Assembly: GCA_038255435.1 (NCBI GenBank)
Contig: JBBSLG010000016.1
Coordinates: 77,002 to 101,001 of the forward strand
Source: Lysobacterales bacterium
Lineage (GTDB): Bacteria > Pseudomonadota > Gammaproteobacteria > Xanthomonadales > Ahniellaceae
Reading direction: 5' to 3'
DNA: 24,000 bases
In this document: one piece after another, positions 15,163 to 23,231 of the stretch
Layout: each line of letters begins with the position of its first letter
Numbering within the stretch: position 1 is the first letter of the stretch
The notes under the pieces: generated by a model
The model's input: the letters and a program-made list of their open reading frames with translations, nothing else
What the model was told of the DNA's origin: nothing
Databases searched by the model: none
Program-made: the position numbers and the translations under genes

Positions 15163-16406
15163 TCGCGCAACTTGGCCTGCGCATGCGGCTGTGGTTGCTG
15201 CTCGCCCTGTTGACGACGGTGCTGCTGCTGTCGGCTGGCTGGATACTCTCGGTACAGACCCTGGATCCTGGCGCGGAACAGCTGGCTTCCTTGGTCTACG
15301 CCACCGCCACGACACTGGATGAGCGCGCGCGCGTATCCGGCGTTGCAGCGGCGCGCTCGGCGCAGTTCGAAGCGCTGGGAATTGTTTTGCAGGAACGAGA
15401 ACCATCCGACCACTTGCCGCGCGCGCCGGTCGGAATCGCAGTGCTCGCCCGTGTCCGCAAATTGCATGGCAACGCGGCCGAAGTACGTTTCGATCTGGGC
15501 CCGCCAACCAGGCTGTGGTTGCGCAGCCGCTGGCGCCCGCAACTGTGGATCGGCGTTCCGGTACAACCACTGGGTGCGCCGATCGCGCGTGCTTCGATGT
15601 GGATCCTGCTGCTTACCGGGCTAATGGTGCTGGTAGTCGGTGCCTGGACGGCGCGGATGCTGTCACGGCCGCTGGAGCAACTGGCGCGCCGGGCGCCCGA
15701 TCTGATGGCAGGCGATCTCGACCTCGAGGACTTCCGCGATGCGCCCGCGGAAGTGCGCACGCTGGCGGCGACGCTGGCAGGATTGCTGGCCGATGCGCGT
15801 CGCCGTCATGATGCCCGAGAGCAGATGCTGATCGGACTCTCGCACGACCTGCGCACGCCGCTGGCACGGCTGCGGTTTGCCATTGAGATGGGTGATCACA
15901 ACGATGAGGGCGCGCGTCAGGCGATGCAGGGCGACATCGAGGAAATGGATGCGCTGATCGGTGCCTTCCTGCTGATGCAGCGTGAGGGCCGGGATGAAGC
16001 GGTGACAACGATCGATCTCAACCAACTCTGCCGCGATCTGGTTGGCGGATTCGCCCATCGGATCGCGATCTGCCTTGAATTGCCGGAGCAGCCCGTGCTG
16101 CTGGACGGTCGACGACTGGCGCTGCGGCGCGCACTGTCGAATCTGCTGCAGAACGCGCTTGACCACGGCCAACCGCCGCTGAGCCTGCAACTGAAATCAA
16201 CTGCCGAATTCGCCGAGTTCGTTGTCGTCGACGCAGGTCATGGCAGACGATCGGCACAAGCCGTGCGCGGATTCGGGCTGGGGCTGGCCGTGGTCAGGGC
16301 CATCGCCGCCTTGCATCGCGGGTCGCTGGAGTTGCAGTTGGGTGCCGACACCAGCGCGGCGCGTCTGCGATTGCCACTGAAACCCATCGCCCTCCCGGTG
16401 GGCTGA
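15159..16406 (+). CDS. envZ: EnvZ-like sensor histidine kinase
   Basis: The GTG start forms a GTGA overlap with the regulator's stop. It has two TM segments and a HAMP-like region (RPLEQLARRAPDLMAGDL). The H-box is LSHDLRTPLARLR, the N-box is LSNLLQNALDHG, and the G-boxes are VVDAGHG and GFGLGLAVV. Confidence 0.85.
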   Translation: MIAQLGLRMRLWLLLALLTTVLLLSAGWILSVQTLDPGAEQLASLVYATATTLDERARVSGVAAARSAQFEALGIVLQEREPSDHLPRAPVGIAVLARVRKLHGNAAEVRFDLGPPTRLWLRSRWRPQLWIGVPVQPLGAPIARASMWILLLTGLMVLVVGAWTARMLSRPLEQLARRAPDLMAGDLDLEDFRDAPAEVRTLAATLAGLLADARRRHDAREQMLIGLSHDLRTPLARLRFAIEMGDHNDEGARQAMQGDIEEMDALIGAFLLMQREGRDEAVTTIDLNQLCRDLVGGFAHRIAICLELPEQPVLLDGRRLALRRALSNLLQNALDHGQPPLSLQLKSTAEFAEFVVVDAGHGRRSAQAVRGFGLGLAVVRAIAALHRGSLELQLGADTSAARLRLPLKPIALPVG

Positions 16407-16422
16407 GCCCGTGCGGCGGTCG

Positions 16423-16854
16423 CTACTGCGAAAGCCTGGGCAATCCGGACACCAGCAGCCAGGCCTTGCGCTTCTTTTCGTAGCGCCAGCGCTGACGGTC
16501 AACCACGGTGCGGGTTGCCAGCGTATTGATATTGCTCAGCTCGATCTCCACGCGTTGTTCGACGTGACCATCTTCGAACACCGTGTAGGGCTGTGCCCGG
16601 TAGCCGACAACCTTCCACTGCTTCCAGCGCTCCAGTTCGAAGGGCGTGGGCGCCGGCGCTGCCGTTTCGGCTTTGTCGAAAAAACTGAGGATCTGACTGA
16701 CTTCGCCCCAGCGCATCGCCCCGGCGTAGTCGTACAACGTGATCTGCAGACGGCGCTGGTCGACGCGCGCCTGGGCGCTGACGCTCACCAGGAGGACCAG
16801 GGCCAACAGCAGCCAGCGAGCGCTGGTCAGGATCGGTGCGCGAGTGCGTTGCAT
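16423..16854 (-). CDS. Hypothetical exported protein (143 aa)
   Basis: ATG at 16854 gives the signal peptide MQRTRAPILTSARWLLLALVLLVSVSAQA. It lies 38 nt downstream of the thioesterase-like gene on the same strand. I recognise no motif. Confidence 0.55.
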   Translation of the reverse strand: MQRTRAPILTSARWLLLALVLLVSVSAQARVDQRRLQITLYDYAGAMRWGEVSQILSFFDKAETAAPAPTPFELERWKQWKVVGYRAQPYTVFEDGHVEQRVEIELSNINTLATRTVVDRQRWRYEKKRKAWLLVSGLPRLSQ

Positions 16855-16892
16855 CGTTTTGTCCCTTTTGATTCCAGCGCAAGCATACGCCA

Positions 16893-17429
16893 TCAGTAGG
16901 CGGCCGGCTTGGCGACGAAGCGCGCCTGCATCCGGCAGGCCACGCCTGCGCCCTGGGTGGACGTCATCTCGATGGCGATGGCGATCCGCGCCTTGCCGCG
17001 ACGGTTGAAGTCGTTGATGAAATCTTCCCAGTTCTGACCGGGCTCGGCGGACGCCTCGGCGACCAGTTCATCCCAGAGCGGCGCCAGGTAGTTCATGCTG
17101 CTGTCGGCAACAAAGACATCGGCGCGACACTGCGCTTCACCGAGTTTCAGATTGATCAGACCCCAGCCCGCCAAGGTCATCAGGCTGGCCATGCTGCCGC
17201 CAAAGGCGCAGCCCTTGTCGTTGACATTGCAGCGCAGCGGCGCATTCAGCGCGAGCCGATTGCCATCGTACTCAAGGACCGAAACTTCCATCGCGCGCGC
17301 CAGCGGAATGGTTTCGAGCAGGGTTCGTTCCAGTGCAGTGGGGTTATCGATCACGTGAAGAAGGCTGGCTGGCGGATGCTCAGTCTGCCCATTGCGGGCG
17401 GTCGGCGCAACCTGTGCGGGAAGCCGCAC
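16893..17429 (-). CDS. YiiD C-terminal-domain-like hotdog-fold thioesterase
   Basis: The pattern TIPLARAMEVSVLEYDGNRLALNAPLRCNVNDKGCAFGGSMASLMTLAGWG is characteristic of the YiiD_C thioesterase family as I recall it. The GTG start at 17429 is uncertain. Confidence 0.6.
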   Translation of the reverse strand: MRLPAQVAPTARNGQTEHPPASLLHVIDNPTALERTLLETIPLARAMEVSVLEYDGNRLALNAPLRCNVNDKGCAFGGSMASLMTLAGWGLINLKLGEAQCRADVFVADSSMNYLAPLWDELVAEASAEPGQNWEDFINDFNRRGKARIAIAIEMTSTQGAGVACRMQARFVAKPAAY

Positions 17430-17491
17430 CGACGATTGCTATGATCGCCCACACGCTCCGCGTTACCTGCGGCAAGGACCCTGCTGACACC

Positions 17492-18274
17492 ATGAATGCC
17501 GACCGCGGCAAACTTCCCCTGACCGGGCTGGACCTGGTGTTGACCCGACCCGTTGGCGCTGCGGGCGCGATCATGCAGCGCTGGCGTGGCGAAGGTGCAC
17601 GCTGTATCAACCTGCCCATGTTCTCGATCCGTGACTTGCCGAACAGTGTGCAACTGCAGGACCGGTTGCGCGATGCGATGGCAGCAGATGCCCTGGTGTT
17701 CGCCAGTCCCAGCGCGGTCGCAGCCTGCCTGCGGCTGGCGCCGGGTTTTCGCCCGAGCGGTCGGGTATTCGCGCAAGGACCAGCCACCGCGCGCGCCCTG
17801 CGCGGCGCGGGAATGGACGCCGCGGTGCCGACTCATGGATTCACCAGCGAAGACCTGCTGCGCGATCCCTATTTCGCCGCCGTTGCCGGCAGGCGCATCA
17901 TCCGCCTTGCCGGTGAGGGCGGGCGCGCCTTGCTGCTGCAGACGCTTGTCGACGCCGGCGCTGATGCCTCGGCGATTGCGCTGTACCGGCGCCAGCCGGC
18001 ACGCCTCGATCAGCGGCATCGTCTGGCCCTGGCCGCTTTCGCAGATCCGGTGCTGATCGTGTCGAGTCTGGATTCGCTCGAGCGGCTGCCCGCCGCTTTC
18101 GCCGAGTTGGGTCGTGATGATCTGCGTGAATGCCGCCTGCTGGTCTCCAGTGACCGGCTTTGTGCGCGCGCCCGCGCGCTCGGATTCGCCCGGGTCCATG
18201 CGGCCGGCTCGGCCGCTTCGGCCGATTTGCGGGCAGGCCTGGAACCCCTTACAGAAGCTTCGCGGGCGCGCTGA
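17492..18274 (+). CDS. hemD: Uroporphyrinogen-III synthase
   Basis: VLTRP near the N-terminus, FASPSAV, and an overall two-lobe repeat. It lies immediately upstream of hemX and hemY. The start could instead be ATG 17441. The track start at 17333 overlaps the divergent gene and is unlikely. Confidence 0.78.
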   Translation: MNADRGKLPLTGLDLVLTRPVGAAGAIMQRWRGEGARCINLPMFSIRDLPNSVQLQDRLRDAMAADALVFASPSAVAACLRLAPGFRPSGRVFAQGPATARALRGAGMDAAVPTHGFTSEDLLRDPYFAAVAGRRIIRLAGEGGRALLLQTLVDAGADASAIALYRRQPARLDQRHRLALAAFADPVLIVSSLDSLERLPAAFAELGRDDLRECRLLVSSDRLCARARALGFARVHAAGSAASADLRAGLEPLTEASRAR

Positions 18275-18298
18275 TAGGATGTGCACCATGATCGGAAA

Positions 18299-19345
18299 AT
18301 GGCCATGATCGAATCAAATACCAGCGCTGTGCGGGCGCCGCGGGCCGCTGCCGCGCCGTTTGCGGTGGCTGCCGCCCTGCTGGCCCTTCTGGTGGCCTTG
18401 CTCGCCGCTGGTTGGCTGTGGCGGGTAGAGAGCCGCAGCGGCGCAATCGAGCGGGAACGCGGCGAACTCGCCGTCAACCAGCGACTGCTCGAAGAACGGC
18501 TGCGCCTGGTCGAGACCGAACTGCGCGCGGCACAGCAGCGCCTGCAGGATGCGGCCGCAATCAATCGTAGTTTGCGCGATGAGGTGCTCGGGGTTGCCGA
18601 ACGCGCTGAACTGATGGAGCAGGCGCTCAAGCGCGTCAGCGATCGGGGCATGGACAATGTCGCCGAGCTGCGCATGAATAATGCGGAATTTCTGCTCAAT
18701 GTCGGATTGGCCAGGCTGCGCCTGTTCAATGACACCGCGGGCGCGGCTACTGCGCTCGGTCTGGCCGACGCCGAGCTCTCGATCTTGCAGGATCCGGTGA
18801 TCACCGGTATTCGCCAATCGCTGGCCCGCGAGCTGGCGTCTCTGAGTGCGTTTCCCGCCGACGGCCGCGCGGTCGCGCAGGCCCGGCTGCAGCGGATGGC
18901 CGAGCGCGCCGATCAACTGGCATTGCGCCGCGATCCCGAACCCAAGCCTTCTGCGGCGGTGCCCGGATGGAGATCGCGCGCGCGCGCCTTGCTCGGCGAG
19001 TTCGTCCGGATCCGGCGCATCGGTCCCGAGCAATCGGGCTATGCCCTGCCGCTCAACGAAGCATTGGCGCGCGTCGATCTGCGTCTGCAACTGCGCTATG
19101 CCGAGGCCGCCCTGATGGAAGGCAACAGCCAGCGCTTTCAGGCACAACTGCAACGCATTCGTGCAGCCGCCGAGCAATCATTCGATCTACAGTCGGAAAG
19201 TGGTCGCTGGCTCTCCGAAGAGCTGGCAGCGGTCGCGGACCTGCCGCCGTTTCCGGAGTTTGCTGAAGCCGGTGGAGCGCTGCAGCAGTTGCGTAATCTG
19301 CAGGGTACGCGTGCGCTGGCCAAGCCGTTCGGGGGCGTCGAGTGA
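18299..19345 (+). CDS. hemX: HemX-family membrane protein (often annotated as putative uroporphyrinogen-III C-methyltransferase)
   Basis: It has one N-terminal TM helix (FAVAAALLALLVALLAAGWLW), then a long coiled coil and a periplasmic domain. It sits between hemD and hemY. The start is ambiguous among GTG 18281, ATG 18299 and ATG 18305. Confidence 0.72.
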   Translation: MAMIESNTSAVRAPRAAAAPFAVAAALLALLVALLAAGWLWRVESRSGAIERERGELAVNQRLLEERLRLVETELRAAQQRLQDAAAINRSLRDEVLGVAERAELMEQALKRVSDRGMDNVAELRMNNAEFLLNVGLARLRLFNDTAGAATALGLADAELSILQDPVITGIRQSLARELASLSAFPADGRAVAQARLQRMAERADQLALRRDPEPKPSAAVPGWRSRARALLGEFVRIRRIGPEQSGYALPLNEALARVDLRLQLRYAEAALMEGNSQRFQAQLQRIRAAAEQSFDLQSESGRWLSEELAAVADLPPFPEFAEAGGALQQLRNLQGTRALAKPFGGVE

Positions 19346-20625
19346 AGTGGTTCCGCACGGTTCTGGTGCTGCTGGCACTGCCCGTGCTGGTTGCGCTCCT
19401 GGCCTGGTGGATCGGCGACGACCCGGGCGAGGTCTTGATCCGCCGTGGCGGCACCGTGATCGAAATGTCACTGGCGGCGGCGATCATTGGCGTTTGCGTG
19501 CTGGCGGCGCTGATCTGGTTTCTGCTGGCGCTGGTGCGCTGGCCGCTGCGCTTCTGGTTACGTGGGGCCCGTCGGCGTGCTCGTCAGCGCTACTTCGACG
19601 GTCTGCTCTGCCTGCTCACCGGGCGCCCGGTGCGCGCCGAACAGCAGATGCTCAAGGCGGGTCAGATGCGGTCACTGAAACTTCCCGCCCTGATGGTCGC
19701 TCATGCCGCTGCGCATGCCCGCGGTGATCGCCAGCGCGAAGCCGAGTTGCTGGTCGAACTGGCGCGTGCGCCTGAGACCAGCAAACTGTCGATCGAATTG
19801 CGTGCCCGCAATGAATTGAAGGATGGCCGTGCCGGCACCGCCATCGAGTTGCTCACCCCGCTCGACAATCAGGCGCAGCTCAGTCCGAATGGCGCACGTA
19901 TATTTGCCGAGGCGCTGGCTCAACGCGGACGCAGTCGCGAAACGCTGTCGATCCTGCCGCGCATCCTGCGCAGTCGCCAGATGCCCGATTCGGACTGGCT
20001 GTCATTCGAGTCGCGGTTGCTGTCGCGCGCCGTTGCCGAAACCACCGATTCGATCAATCTGCATTCACTGTGGTCGGATCTGAACCGTGACCAGAAACGC
20101 CTTCCTGATGTGGCCCTGGCCTATGCGCGACGAGCCGTGCAATTGAACCTGATACCGCAGGCGGCAACCGAACTTGAGGCGACGCTGAGCCATGGCTGGG
20201 CGGCCAGCGTGGTGGTTGCCTACGGCCTGCTGCCGACCGATCCCAAGGCGCCGCCGCGACTGCGTACTGCGGAGACCTGGCTTGAGGCCCATTCCAGGGA
20301 TTCGGCCCTGCTGTTGACCCTGGGCAGACTCGCGCGCCAGGAGCGCCACTGGATCAAGAATGAGGATTATCTGCGGCGGGCCCTGGGCCAGGAAGGCGGC
20401 AAGGATTATGCCGCCGATATCTGGGAGGAGCTCGGTCGCGGCTATGCCGAACAGGGTGACGCCGAGCGCGCGGCGCGCGCGCTGAGCAATGCGCTCGCTG
20501 TGCAGCACGGCGAAAAGCCGCAGAAATTGATCGGCAGGCATCAGGGCGAGGATTTGCTGGCGCCTCTGCCGGTCGCCGAAGAGCGCGACGCCATGGGTAT
20601 TCCGCGCCTGCCCAGCCACGGTTGA
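19342..20625 (+). CDS. hemY: HemY-family protein (HemY_N membrane domain plus TPR-like C-terminus)
   Basis: The GTG start forms a GTGA overlap with hemX. The N-terminus MKWFRTVLVLLALPVLVALLAWWIGDDPGEVLIRRGG...TM2...WPLRFW matches the HemY_N layout. The C-terminal half is TPR-like. Confidence 0.82.
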   Translation: MKWFRTVLVLLALPVLVALLAWWIGDDPGEVLIRRGGTVIEMSLAAAIIGVCVLAALIWFLLALVRWPLRFWLRGARRRARQRYFDGLLCLLTGRPVRAEQQMLKAGQMRSLKLPALMVAHAAAHARGDRQREAELLVELARAPETSKLSIELRARNELKDGRAGTAIELLTPLDNQAQLSPNGARIFAEALAQRGRSRETLSILPRILRSRQMPDSDWLSFESRLLSRAVAETTDSINLHSLWSDLNRDQKRLPDVALAYARRAVQLNLIPQAATELEATLSHGWAASVVVAYGLLPTDPKAPPRLRTAETWLEAHSRDSALLLTLGRLARQERHWIKNEDYLRRALGQEGGKDYAADIWEELGRGYAEQGDAERAARALSNALAVQHGEKPQKLIGRHQGEDLLAPLPVAEERDAMGIPRLPSHG

Positions 20626-20695
20626 ACGCCGATCCAGTGATGCTTCGGCGCAGAACCTGCTGGCGGTCAAACTCTGAAATCGTCTGGAGAGATAC

Positions 20696-21124
20696 GTGAA
20701 CGCAAGCAGCCTGCTCTATCCGATGTTCGCCATGGTTCTGCTTACTGCCGTGGTCCTGGTCACGCTGTTTCGGCGCCGCGTGCGCGAGGTCCGCGCCGGC
20801 AGGGTTTCGTCAAAATACTTCCGCGTCTATCAAGGTGAAGTCGAGCCCGAGGCGGCTGCGAAGGCGGCGCGACATTTCAGCAATCTGTTCGAAGCGCCCG
20901 TTCTCTTCTACGTCGCCTGCCTGGCCGCCATGGTGCTGCGCCTGGATGGCTGGTTGTTTGCCGTGCTGGCATGGGCCTACGTGTTCGTACGCATCGTGCA
21001 CGCCGTCGTCCATCTGGGCGGCAATCGGCTGCGGCAGCGGATTGCGGTTTATGCGATCAGCTGGCTGCTGCTGATCGCCCTGTGGATCGCTATCGTGCTC
21101 GCTGTGAGCCTGCGGGCAGGCTGA
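20696..21124 (+). CDS. MAPEG-family membrane protein
   Basis: 142 aa with four predicted TM helices. The conserved-looking core is ARHFSNLFEAPVLFY...RIVHAVVHL. GGAGAG lies 7 nt before the GTG start. Confidence 0.7.
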   Translation: MNASSLLYPMFAMVLLTAVVLVTLFRRRVREVRAGRVSSKYFRVYQGEVEPEAAAKAARHFSNLFEAPVLFYVACLAAMVLRLDGWLFAVLAWAYVFVRIVHAVVHLGGNRLRQRIAVYAISWLLLIALWIAIVLAVSLRAG

Positions 21125-21161
21125 GCAGACCGCGCGAAACGGGAAACCCCAAGGGGCCTCG

Positions 21162-21959
21162 ATGCTACGCCGAGCAATGATCCTGGTGGTGCTGGCCTGG
21201 TTGCTGGCGGCGACGCCCACGGTCGCCGCGACGCGACCGTCGATCACGGTGTACGCGGCCGCCAGCCTCAAGGAAAGTCTGGATGCGATCGTCGAGGCCT
21301 GGCGCCTGCAAAGTGGCCAGTCAGTCCGCGTCTCCTATGCTGCCAGTTCGTTGTTGGCGCGCCAGATCGATCAGGGTGCACCTGCCGATCTGATGATCTC
21401 CGCCGATACGCAATGGATGGACTGGTTGCAGAGCCGGGACCTGATCCGCCCGGAGAGTCGCCAGGACCTGCTGCACAACACCCTGGTACTGATTGCGCCG
21501 GCTGACTCCGATCTGCGCCCTTTCGAGCTCGATTGTCTGCCCTGCTGGCGTGCTGCACTGGATGGTCGGCGACTGGCCATCGCCGAACCCGACAGCGTGC
21601 CAGCGGGTCGCTACGCCCGCGAGGCATTGACCGAGCTCGGTGTCTGGTCCGAGCTGAGTCCTCGATTGGCGCGGGCTGACAATGTCCGCGCCGCGCTGGC
21701 CTACGTCGCGCTGGGCGAGTTGCCGCTCGGCATCGTCTATCGCACTGATGCAATGGCTGAGCCAGAGGTTCGCGTGCTCAGCGCCATCGCGCCGCAACTG
21801 CACGCCCGGATCATTTATCCGTTGGCCCAGTTGCGCGGCGCCGACGCCACGGCCAACGCGGATTTTCTTGTCTTCCTCAACGGTGTCGAGGCGCGACGGA
21901 TTTTTTCCGAAGCAGGATTCGGCGTGCTTGCCGCGGCGGTGCCCAATGTTCAGCGCTGA
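21162..21959 (+). CDS. modA: Molybdate ABC transporter periplasmic binding protein
   Basis: The signal peptide is followed by ITVYAAASLKESLDAI, SYAASSLLARQIDQGAPADLMISAD and SVPAGRYAREAL, all typical ModA blocks. The start could instead be ATG 21177. Confidence 0.9.
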   Translation: MLRRAMILVVLAWLLAATPTVAATRPSITVYAAASLKESLDAIVEAWRLQSGQSVRVSYAASSLLARQIDQGAPADLMISADTQWMDWLQSRDLIRPESRQDLLHNTLVLIAPADSDLRPFELDCLPCWRAALDGRRLAIAEPDSVPAGRYAREALTELGVWSELSPRLARADNVRAALAYVALGELPLGIVYRTDAMAEPEVRVLSAIAPQLHARIIYPLAQLRGADATANADFLVFLNGVEARRIFSEAGFGVLAAAVPNVQR

Positions 21960-22638
21960 TGAGTTGACGGCGATCGGTTTGAGCCTGCGGGTGGCCCTGA
22001 TTGCCGTACTGGGTGCCTTGCCCTTTGCGGTGGCCGTGGCCTATGTGCTGGCGCGCTGGCAGTTCCGCGGCAAGCTGCTTTTCGATGGGCTTATTCATCT
22101 GCCGCTGTTGTTGCCGCCGGTGCTGACCGGCTACGTTCTGCTGGTTTTGCTGGGACGGCAGGGATGGCTGGGCGCCTGGTTCGATCAGGTGCTCGGAATC
22201 CAGTTTGCGTTCCGCTGGACCGGCGCCGTCATCGCGGCGGCGGTCATGGCCTTTCCGCTCTTTGTGCGGTCGATTCGATTGTCAATCGAGGCGATTCCGC
22301 TCGAGATCGACGAAATGGCCGCCAGTCTGGGTGCGCGTCCCTGGGCACGCTTTTGGCAAGTGATCCTGCCGCTGTGCGTCCCGGGCATCGCTGCGGGCAT
22401 GACCCTGGCCTTCGCCAAGGCCTTGGGAGAGTTCGGCGCCACCATCACCTTCGTCGCCAATGTGCCGGGCGAAACCCAGACGATCGCCTTGGCGATGCAC
22501 ACGCTGACCCAGGTCCCAGGCGGCGCCGGCGGCATTACCCGGCTGGCTGTTGTTTCGGTGCTGCTCTCGTTGGGCGCCCTGGTCGCCTCCGAACTGCTCG
22601 CGCGTCGTGCAGCGTATCGGCGTCAGTCCGAACCCTGA
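21946..22638 (+). CDS. modB: Molybdate ABC transporter permease
   Basis: ATG at 21946 overlaps modA by 14 nt. LSLRVALIAVLGALPFAVAVAYVLARWQFRGKLLFDGLIHLPLLLPPVLTGYVLL parallels E. coli ModB. An EAA-loop-like region (EMAASLGARPWARFWQVILP) is present. The track ORF start at 21682 is a frame extension. Confidence 0.9.
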   Translation: MFSADELTAIGLSLRVALIAVLGALPFAVAVAYVLARWQFRGKLLFDGLIHLPLLLPPVLTGYVLLVLLGRQGWLGAWFDQVLGIQFAFRWTGAVIAAAVMAFPLFVRSIRLSIEAIPLEIDEMAASLGARPWARFWQVILPLCVPGIAAGMTLAFAKALGEFGATITFVANVPGETQTIALAMHTLTQVPGGAGGITRLAVVSVLLSLGALVASELLARRAAYRRQSEP

Positions 22639-22667
22639 TCGGCGCCGGAGTGCACCGCGGGCCAGTC

Positions 22668-23231
22668 TCATTCGGTCTCGGCGAGAACTCTGGCATCGGC
22701 TACGCGGATGCTGAGGATGATGTCGATCAGTAGCATGACGTCGGCGCGTTCGCGCACATCCACACTGGTGATCGGCAGCGGCCAGGCTCGGCCCTCGAGG
22801 CGCCGTTGCAGGGCCGCCAGCGGGAGCGAGCGCGGCTGGTGTGCGCGTACCAGTCCGATCACCACCACGCCGTGACGCGCTACCTCGGCAAACATGTCGA
22901 GGTAGCGGTCCAGTTGGGCAAGTACGTCGGGCTGGGTTGCATCCAGAAGCAGGACCACACCGGTGGCCTCACTGCCCAGAGAATCCCAGAGCACGCGCAG
23001 GCCGGCCTCGCTGGGAATTCCGAACAGCTGGACTCGCTCGCCGCCATCAAGCGTCAGCGTGCCGATGTCGTAGCCCGTGCCACGACGAATCGTCTGGGGG
23101 GCTGCAGGCGACTCGGTCTGGTGCGGTTGACGCTCGGCTTCCGAACGGATCGTGTTGATCGCGGTGGTCTTGCCTGCACCCCTCGGTCCGGTAAAGGCGA
23201 TCCGGACCTCCGGCGTGGGGGCATGTGTCAT
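22668..23231 (-). CDS. Small P-loop NTPase related to MglA / conservon CvnD-type Ras-like GTPases, with non-canonical switch II
   Basis: 187 aa. The P-loop GPRGAGKT lies at 23166-23189. A switch-I-like TGYDIGTLTL is present. LFGIPSE (23007-23027) stands where this family has LFGTPGQ or TxPGQ. WDSL...TGVVLLLD follows, and I see no NKxD-type guanine-specificity motif. The start ATG overlaps the upstream gene's TGA (ATGA at 23228-23231). Confidence 0.7.
   Translation of the reverse strand: MTHAPTPEVRIAFTGPRGAGKTTAINTIRSEAERQPHQTESPAAPQTIRRGTGYDIGTLTLDGGERVQLFGIPSEAGLRVLWDSLGSEATGVVLLLDATQPDVLAQLDRYLDMFAEVARHGVVVIGLVRAHQPRSLPLAALQRRLEGRAWPLPITSVDVRERADVMLLIDIILSIRVADARVLAETE

Noticed and set aside
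21125-21161. Possible Moco riboswitch or ModE operator upstream of modA.
   Set aside because: Only 37 nt separate the MAPEG gene stop from the modA start, far too short for the ~140-nt Moco RNA motif. I see only a tiny CCCC-AA-GGGG hairpin and no convincing ModE-type palindrome.
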